Shown here: positions 57,922 to 64,000 of the stretch, in pieces
How positions within the stretch are numbered: the stretch's first letter is position 1
Layout: every line of letters starts with the position of its first letter
Origin: a virus
Direction: 5' to 3' (one strand)
IMG/VR virus record: IMGVR_UViG_3300035180_001847
Location: 1-64,000 of that record
DNA: 64,000 bases
The notes under the pieces: model-generated
Database searches by the model: none
Told to the model about the DNA's origin: nothing
What the model saw: only the letters and a program-made list of their open reading frames with translations
Made by a program: the position numbers and the translations under genes

Positions 57922-58085
57922 ATCTTGATTGAGTTCAAATGAGGGAATGCACCAGATTAATTACTAGATTGATAAGACAATCAAAAATATTTTTCTATCT
58001 GTCTTGTTTATGTTTGGAGTGTTTTTTGATTTATTATTGTAAAGTTTGTTTTAAGTAAAGAGATAAAAACAAGGAGATAAACATT

Positions 58086-58307
58086 ATGTTGATAAAAAAC
58101 GCAGATGAAATGGCGGAAACATTTTCTTGCGGTCAATTGCTGGGGAAGTGGCTTCACCATGACATGAATATTCCAGTATTGTCAATAGAAGAACCAAGAG
58201 ATTATGAAACGGAAACAAGATATATTTTTTCAAACACAGACCTTTTAAAAGAAGCTCTAAATAAAAAGCCTTTTTGGATAAAATTGGCAAATATTTTTGT
58301 AAACTAA
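58086..58307 (+). CDS. Hypothetical protein
   Basis: RBS AAGGAG. Confidence 0.65.
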   Translation: MLIKNADEMAETFSCGQLLGKWLHHDMNIPVLSIEEPRDYETETRYIFSNTDLLKEALNKKPFWIKLANIFVN

Positions 58308-58321
58308 GGAGGTGAATATAA

Positions 58322-60316
58322 TTGAATGATAAAATTACATTCGCCATAGATAAATACCAGCTTCTTAGCGATTCAGAAAATGAGCAACTTGCTAAACTTA
58401 AACTTTTTATCTGTCGTGAAGGAAATAACCTGCATAATTTACCTATATCATGGGATACGATTATTGCAGCGAAAAATTCACTGGTGGGAAAACCGATTCT
58501 AACAAATTATATTCCATACAAAGATGACTTTGGAAGTCACGATCCTCAGGAAAGCCCAGTGGGATGTTTCATAAATGAAAATGATATTTCCGAAGAAAAA
58601 GATGAATATGGTAATAAGTGGTTGACAAGCATTGGTTATATATGGAAAGGATATTTTCCCCAAGTATATGATGTTCTAAGAAAAAGAGACAATAAAAAAG
58701 AAAATTCACCCGTTTCAATGGAAATAGTTGTGTTAGATGGCGATAAAAATGATGATGGAATGTTTAACAGTGTTTCATTATTTAGTTTTATGGGCGTGAC
58801 ACTTCTGGGTTCTAAAGTTCAACCCGCCATTCCAAATGCCAGAGCAACATTGAATTTTACGATGATGTTAGAACAAACCAAACAGCTTCTTCAATATTCA
58901 TATAATCATATTGATTTTCAGATACCGTCCAATGTAAAATCTAATGCTCAAAAAGGTTTAGATTTATATTTTGAAAATAAAAGGGGCGGAAATTCATTTA
59001 ATTTAAGCATGGCTCGTTATCTATCTAAAAATAAGATGATAGAACCAGATAAAGTTAAAAAGCTCCATCGGGCACTACTATCCAAATCCAAACAAGACCT
59101 TGCCAAAGATGGGAATAATTATATTTCATTTATGTTGCTTGGTGGGAAAGCTGGATTGGATTGGTGCAATGGTTTAATAAATGATATGAGTAAGACTGAT
59201 AATCAGAAATCGTCTTACTTTGCGGAGGATGAATATATGAGCACTAATGAATATGGAAAAGGCGAAGCTATTAAAGTTGATAAATCATTTAAGGCAATGG
59301 ATATTAATTCATGGGGAAATGTGGATAAAACTTCTTTGAGAAACAAGGTTTTAAATGCGAGTAATTATAAAACATTGGTAAATGATGTTTATGCTTTAGT
59401 GGAATCTGGATGGGAAGATGCTCCCAGTGAACATCTCAAATATCCAATCATGGTTATTAAAAACGGTGTTGCTGTTTATAATAGATATGGTCTTTCTGCG
59501 GCATTGCAACGCGCAGAGGGTCAAAATGAAAGTGATGTTGTTTCAAAAATTAATGGTATTTATAAGTCATTAGGATTGGACAACGAAAATAAAAGCAAGG
59601 AGGAAAAAAGTTCAATGGCAAAAAAAATGAAAGAAGGTTCTTCCGAAGAAGAAAAACAAGAATCGCCTGAGGAAGAAAAGAAAGAGGATATGGCGACTGA
59701 AGGTTCTAAGGCAGAAGAAGAACAAGAAACCGCATCCGAAGAAAAAGGGGAGCAAGAACAAGGTAGGGGTGATAAGTCTGATTCCGAAAAGAAAATGGCT
59801 AAGTCTAAGAAATCTGCTGAAGGTTCTCCTGAAGAAGAAAAACAAGAATTTCAATTGGAAGATGACAAAGAAGATGCAAAAATGTCTCTCGATGACTATG
59901 CCGATGTTGGAGCAATGATGGCTATGCTTGGTATGGAGACTGAACAGAATCGTTCTCTTGCAAAAGAATTGGTTTCTCCTGAAATGGGAAATTTGTTTGC
60001 CGAGGTTTTTGCTAAGGTAAAAGAATTAGCTGAATTCAAAGCGGATATTGAAAAAGAGAAAATGGCTTATGAAGTTGAAAAAACCATGAGTGAAGTTGAA
60101 TTGCCTGCAACCAAGAAAGAAGAACTTAAGACTGAAGCATCAAAATTTTCTTTGGGGAATATTGATATTTGGAAAAACAAGGTCAAAGCCGAGGCCTATG
60201 AATTTTCAAAAATCAATAAAATGGAAAAGGTAAAAGACAATATCAAAAGATATGCCCTTCCTTTTAACGTGAAAGCCGAAAAGAAAAATGATTCTTTATG
60301 GCAAGGCAATGGTTAA
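58322..60316 (+). CDS. Prohead protease/scaffolding protein
   Basis: NNLH, DDFGSH, GYIWK, SMEI, GVTLLG..VQPAI protease motifs; acidic C-terminal scaffold. Confidence 0.8.
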   Translation: MNDKITFAIDKYQLLSDSENEQLAKLKLFICREGNNLHNLPISWDTIIAAKNSLVGKPILTNYIPYKDDFGSHDPQESPVGCFINENDISEEKDEYGNKWLTSIGYIWKGYFPQVYDVLRKRDNKKENSPVSMEIVVLDGDKNDDGMFNSVSLFSFMGVTLLGSKVQPAIPNARATLNFTMMLEQTKQLLQYSYNHIDFQIPSNVKSNAQKGLDLYFENKRGGNSFNLSMARYLSKNKMIEPDKVKKLHRALLSKSKQDLAKDGNNYISFMLLGGKAGLDWCNGLINDMSKTDNQKSSYFAEDEYMSTNEYGKGEAIKVDKSFKAMDINSWGNVDKTSLRNKVLNASNYKTLVNDVYALVESGWEDAPSEHLKYPIMVIKNGVAVYNRYGLSAALQRAEGQNESDVVSKINGIYKSLGLDNENKSKEEKSSMAKKMKEGSSEEEKQESPEEEKKEDMATEGSKAEEEQETASEEKGEQEQGRGDKSDSEKKMAKSKKSAEGSPEEEKQEFQLEDDKEDAKMSLDDYADVGAMMAMLGMETEQNRSLAKELVSPEMGNLFAEVFAKVKELAEFKADIEKEKMAYEVEKTMSEVELPATKKEELKTEASKFSLGNIDIWKNKVKAEAYEFSKINKMEKVKDNIKRYALPFNVKAEKKNDSLWQGNG

Positions 60317-60396
60317 TAATTAAATAAAACTATTGTGATTTTACCATCACAATTTATTTTTAAATATATAGAAAAGATAATGGAGGATTTTTAAAC

Positions 60397-60942
60397 ATGA
60401 GTCATGGAATTTTAGTACAAGATGCTGTGCAAGCAATGAATATCGATGCGCTTAATCGTAGTGCTGTAGCGGCTGTTGATTTAGATAGGGGCAATGTGTT
60501 TGCGCTTGATGCACAATCTGCGGTTGCCGGACAAACTGAAGCATGGACAGTCGTGCAACCTGCTACTGGAGCGCACTTAACTCATCTTTGGATGTGTTCA
60601 CAACCAGAAGATGTTGTAGTATATAGTGGTTCAAATGCTTATAAGGGACTTAATCCAGACCCTCGCAACTTTTATGTTAAGAGTGGTTTAGTGTTTACGG
60701 CTTTCCAACCTCAAATTGGAGATGTGATTGAATTGAGTGCCGATGCACTTGGAACTGGTTCAGGAGTTGCATCTGCTTACGCCGTTGCCGTTAATGGTAG
60801 TTATCAATTGACTTGGGCTACCGCCCCAATTTCTGGTTTGACACTTACCTATTTGTCAACATCTTACGTTTCTATTGCTGATGGTTCTATTGGCACTCAG
60901 CGTGTTACAATGTACAAATTTGCTGTTGCGGCTTTAGCATAA
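60397..60942 (+). CDS. Probable head decoration/minor capsid protein
   Basis: Between scaffold and capsid genes; RBS GGAGG. Confidence 0.6.
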   Translation: MSHGILVQDAVQAMNIDALNRSAVAAVDLDRGNVFALDAQSAVAGQTEAWTVVQPATGAHLTHLWMCSQPEDVVVYSGSNAYKGLNPDPRNFYVKSGLVFTAFQPQIGDVIELSADALGTGSGVASAYAVAVNGSYQLTWATAPISGLTLTYLSTSYVSIADGSIGTQRVTMYKFAVAALA

Positions 60943-60992
60943 TAATCCTTTGGGGTTATAAAATAAAATAGAATATTGGAGGATTAAATTAA

Positions 60993-62138
60993 ATGAAAAT
61001 CTCGAATAAAATTTTAACTTTTGCGGGTGGGGAAGATAAACTTGCTCCTTATTTGATGTTTGCTGATTACTGGAATCATTATCGTGCAGAACATAAAAAG
61101 GGCGATGATGCCAAAAACATTGATTACCAAAAATTTGATAAGAATGGTAATGTAATTAGCTTCTCCCAAAAAGAAGATGAAATGAACAGGGTGCTTCGTG
61201 ATGAAATTATCAGACAAGCATTCAATGGAATCAATCCAACTGAGAATAGTGTTCTTCCTTTGGAGGCATGGGCGACCCATCCTACTTTAAGTTGGGCGAC
61301 ATTCTCGGTTGTTTCTGCAATGATCGATATGGTGTTGCCGGATACAATAATTGAGTCGATTGGTTCTTACACTGATGTTAAAAGTGGAGATTGGGGAGAT
61401 TCTTTCTCTTTTGATATTACTCCCCGTGATTTGTTTGTTGTGTCAAAGCAGGGGCGCGATCGCAGAACAACGGAACTTCGCAAACAATATAAAGGTCAGG
61501 TAACTGTTGTTCCTGAACCTCGTCAATTGTCTGTAAGTGTTTCATTGTATAGAGTTTTGGCTGGCAAAGAATCTTTGGCGGAATTTGTTGCAAAAGTTGT
61601 TCGTTCACTTGAGTCCCAAATGACGGTGGATGTATACAACACATTTGCTACTGCTATGGCCGCTCTCCCAACTTCGCCTGCCAATACGGCCTTGCAGGTT
61701 ACCGGCTATTCTCAGCAATCTCTGGTTGCTTTGGCTGAACGTGTTGGCGCTTGGAATGGCGGAAATCAACCAATTGTGATGGGAACGCGCCTGGCTCTTG
61801 CCAAAATTGTTCCTGATAATGCTGGCTGGCGCTATGATACTGAAAGTGATTATGTCAAGATTGGTTATATTCGCACAATCAGTGGATATGACATCATGAT
61901 GTTGCCACAAGTTGCGGCATGGAACACTCCTTTTGCAACTGTTATTGACGATTCTAAATTGTGGATTGTGTCACCTTCTGCTTCAAAACTCGTGAAATTG
62001 TGTTTGGAAGGTTCAACTTTGAGTAATGTTAGTACAACTTTCCAAAATGCCAATTTAACTCAAAGTGCTTCAATCACTAAATCTTATGGAACTGCTATTG
62101 CAACTTCCGCAATTGCTGGTGTTGTTGCTTTGCAATAA
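60993..62138 (+). CDS. Major capsid protein
   Basis: 381 aa, position after scaffold/decoration, followed by terminator; RBS GGAGG. Confidence 0.75.
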   Translation: MKISNKILTFAGGEDKLAPYLMFADYWNHYRAEHKKGDDAKNIDYQKFDKNGNVISFSQKEDEMNRVLRDEIIRQAFNGINPTENSVLPLEAWATHPTLSWATFSVVSAMIDMVLPDTIIESIGSYTDVKSGDWGDSFSFDITPRDLFVVSKQGRDRRTTELRKQYKGQVTVVPEPRQLSVSVSLYRVLAGKESLAEFVAKVVRSLESQMTVDVYNTFATAMAALPTSPANTALQVTGYSQQSLVALAERVGAWNGGNQPIVMGTRLALAKIVPDNAGWRYDTESDYVKIGYIRTISGYDIMMLPQVAAWNTPFATVIDDSKLWIVSPSASKLVKLCLEGSTLSNVSTTFQNANLTQSASITKSYGTAIATSAIAGVVALQ

Positions 62139-62146
62139 AAATTAAA

Positions 62147-62178
62147 CATGGGATGGAAAATAAAATTTCCATCCCATG
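62147..62178 (+). terminator. Hairpin after capsid gene
   Basis: CATGGGATGGAAA-loop-TTTCCATCCCATG. Confidence 0.65.
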
Positions 62179-62207
62179 AACATAAAAAATGAAAGAGGAA
62201 AAATAAA

Positions 62208-62873
62208 ATGAGTGAGGAAAAAACAACTAAATTAAAATCAGGAAGATTGAATTCCAAAAAATCTCAAAGAGAAATTGATTTAGAAAAAAAAATTCTTAAA
62301 ATGCAGGAGCAACTGGAAGCAATAAAAGAGCCTCAAACTGAAGGCTCATCTATTTCAGAAGAAGAAAGAATTGACCCAACTGAATATATAAAGGTTATGT
62401 CATTGACTAATCATCTTTTAAATCTTACAACCCAGCCGAGAGGCGGGGGTAAAATATATTCATTTTCAAAGGGATTTGGTGAAGTAAAAAGAATTCCATA
62501 TTCTCATCTTGCTGATATTATTGAAAATCATCAATCTTTTGTTGAAGCTGGGAATTTTTATATTATGGATAAACGTGTTATATCTCAGCATGGTTTGGAT
62601 GATGCTTATGAAAAAATTCTTGATAAAGATAAGATTGAACAGATATTCAATGGAAATAAGAATGATGCTTTAAATCTTTTTAAAATGGCTAATCCTAAAC
62701 AGCAAGGAATGATAATTAATATGCTTATTGAAAAATTACGGGATGATCCAGAGTTTGATTTAAATGTTATTGAAATTATTTCAAAATATTCCAAAGTCAA
62801 TCTTCAAGAAAAAGCAATTTTCGCAAGAGAATTTATGGAAGATGAAGAGAAAGATGAACAAGAAGAAAAATAA
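62208..62873 (+). CDS. Hypothetical morphogenesis-module protein
   Basis: Position after capsid gene; RBS GAGG. Confidence 0.65.
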   Translation: MSEEKTTKLKSGRLNSKKSQREIDLEKKILKMQEQLEAIKEPQTEGSSISEEERIDPTEYIKVMSLTNHLLNLTTQPRGGGKIYSFSKGFGEVKRIPYSHLADIIENHQSFVEAGNFYIMDKRVISQHGLDDAYEKILDKDKIEQIFNGNKNDALNLFKMANPKQQGMIINMLIEKLRDDPEFDLNVIEIISKYSKVNLQEKAIFAREFMEDEEKDEQEEK

Positions 62874-62942
62874 TACGATTCAATTTTTCAAAATTTAGTT
62901 GAAGATAGAAATTAGATAATAAAAAATGATGGAGGTTAAAAA

Positions 62943-63410
62943 ATGGGTACTACTTATCAGGAAATCAATGACCTCTTCATGCTACAAATTCAGGATTATA
63001 GATTAATGGATTTGTATAATACATCCATATTGAATACCACTACGGATTTTGATGTATATTTAATGGGTTTTATGCTTTTGGCAATACCCGACTTTATATA
63101 TTGTACTCAAGACCTTTCAAATAGAGATGATGCAGCCAGAACATTTAATATAGTTTTGACAGATGAAACAAAAAAGATTTTATCTAAATTTATGGTTTTG
63201 GAGTGGTTGGGCAAAGAAGTAAAAGATGTTTTGCAAATGCGTTTGCATGTTCAAGATGCAGATTTCAAAACTTTTGCAGAGGCAAATAATCTCAATGCTA
63301 AACAAGCATCCTATAATATGTTAAGAGAGGAATGCTCTCAATTATTGACAGACATCGCCTATAAAAATAATAATTGGAATAATTGGATTTCTGGGGTTTT
63401 TTATCCATAG
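62943..63410 (+). CDS. Probable head-tail connector/adaptor
   Basis: GTTYQEINDLF...LTDETKKILSKFMVLEWL; synteny. Confidence 0.55.
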   Translation: MGTTYQEINDLFMLQIQDYRLMDLYNTSILNTTTDFDVYLMGFMLLAIPDFIYCTQDLSNRDDAARTFNIVLTDETKKILSKFMVLEWLGKEVKDVLQMRLHVQDADFKTFAEANNLNAKQASYNMLREECSQLLTDIAYKNNNWNNWISGVFYP

Positions 63411-63419
63411 GTGGGAAAC

Positions 63420-64000
63420 ATGACATATAAATTTATAAATGCATCTAAACCCATGCAAAAAACTCCAAAGGAAATATTAACTAATGATTTTCAAGAGAAT
63501 CTAACAGACCAATTTAAGCAATCTACTGATTGGTACACCATCAAAGAAGAATTTCCATTCGCATCTGGAATTTATAATGATATAGATGTAAGAATAACTC
63601 ATGCAATCGATAGTGTAACAGGAAAGAATTTGGGCGATGATTTTAAAAACATTTTATTTCCAGATTTAAACCATCAATTTCAAATTGGTTCAATGTATTT
63701 TTTTGATAAAAATTATTGGATAGTCATAAATAGCGAAATAAAAAGAAATCTTGCGGCATCTGTTACCATAAAAAGATGTAATGAAGAATTGAGATGGAAA
63801 GATAAAATAACGGGAAAGTTTTATTCAGTTCCATGTAGTATTGGTTACGATGTTCGTATGCCAAGAAATTATTCTACGGCTGGTTCTGCATTGGTTTTGC
63901 CTTCAGGATTCGCTGAAGTTATGACTCAGTTTAATGCTGCGACAAATACGATTTATCCTAATCAAAGATTTTTATTTGGAAATACGAATAATTGGATTGC
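63420..64000 (+). CDS. Partial virion protein (head closure-like), runs off window
   Basis: Open frame from ATG 63420 to window end. Confidence 0.55.
   Translation, partial: MTYKFINASKPMQKTPKEILTNDFQENLTDQFKQSTDWYTIKEEFPFASGIYNDIDVRITHAIDSVTGKNLGDDFKNILFPDLNHQFQIGSMYFFDKNYWIVINSEIKRNLAASVTIKRCNEELRWKDKITGKFYSVPCSIGYDVRMPRNYSTAGSALVLPSGFAEVMTQFNAATNTIYPNQRFLFGNTNNWI

Overview
AT-rich 64 kb segment of a large tailed-phage (or prophage) genome with SPbeta-like architecture. Left of ~40.9 kb, minus-strand early/accessory genes: DNA methyltransferases, PNK-HD plus an interrupted RNA ligase, a tyrosine recombinase, DUF932, GH25 lysin, a partial beta-clamp, ArdA-like protein and many small ORFs with their own sigma70-type promoters. 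Right of ~40.9 kb, plus-strand genes: YonO-like single-subunit RNA polymerase, HU-like protein, two tRNAs, terminase (group I intron in terL), portal, protease/scaffold, capsid and head-completion genes. The main unexplained structure is about 25 complete or half integron attC-like sites (consensus CTAAC-AAAGC-GTGCAGC...GCTAAC-GCAAACC-GTTAG) that bound single small genes in six blocks, always in the gene's orientation. This looks like a phage-borne gene-cassette array with no recognisable IntI in the window. A second pattern is a tandem 14-bp dyad (RTGAYAAATRTCAY, copies 22-23 bp apart) next to the -35 box of about 18 early promoters. All calls come from reading the sequence and motifs by eye; no searches were run.
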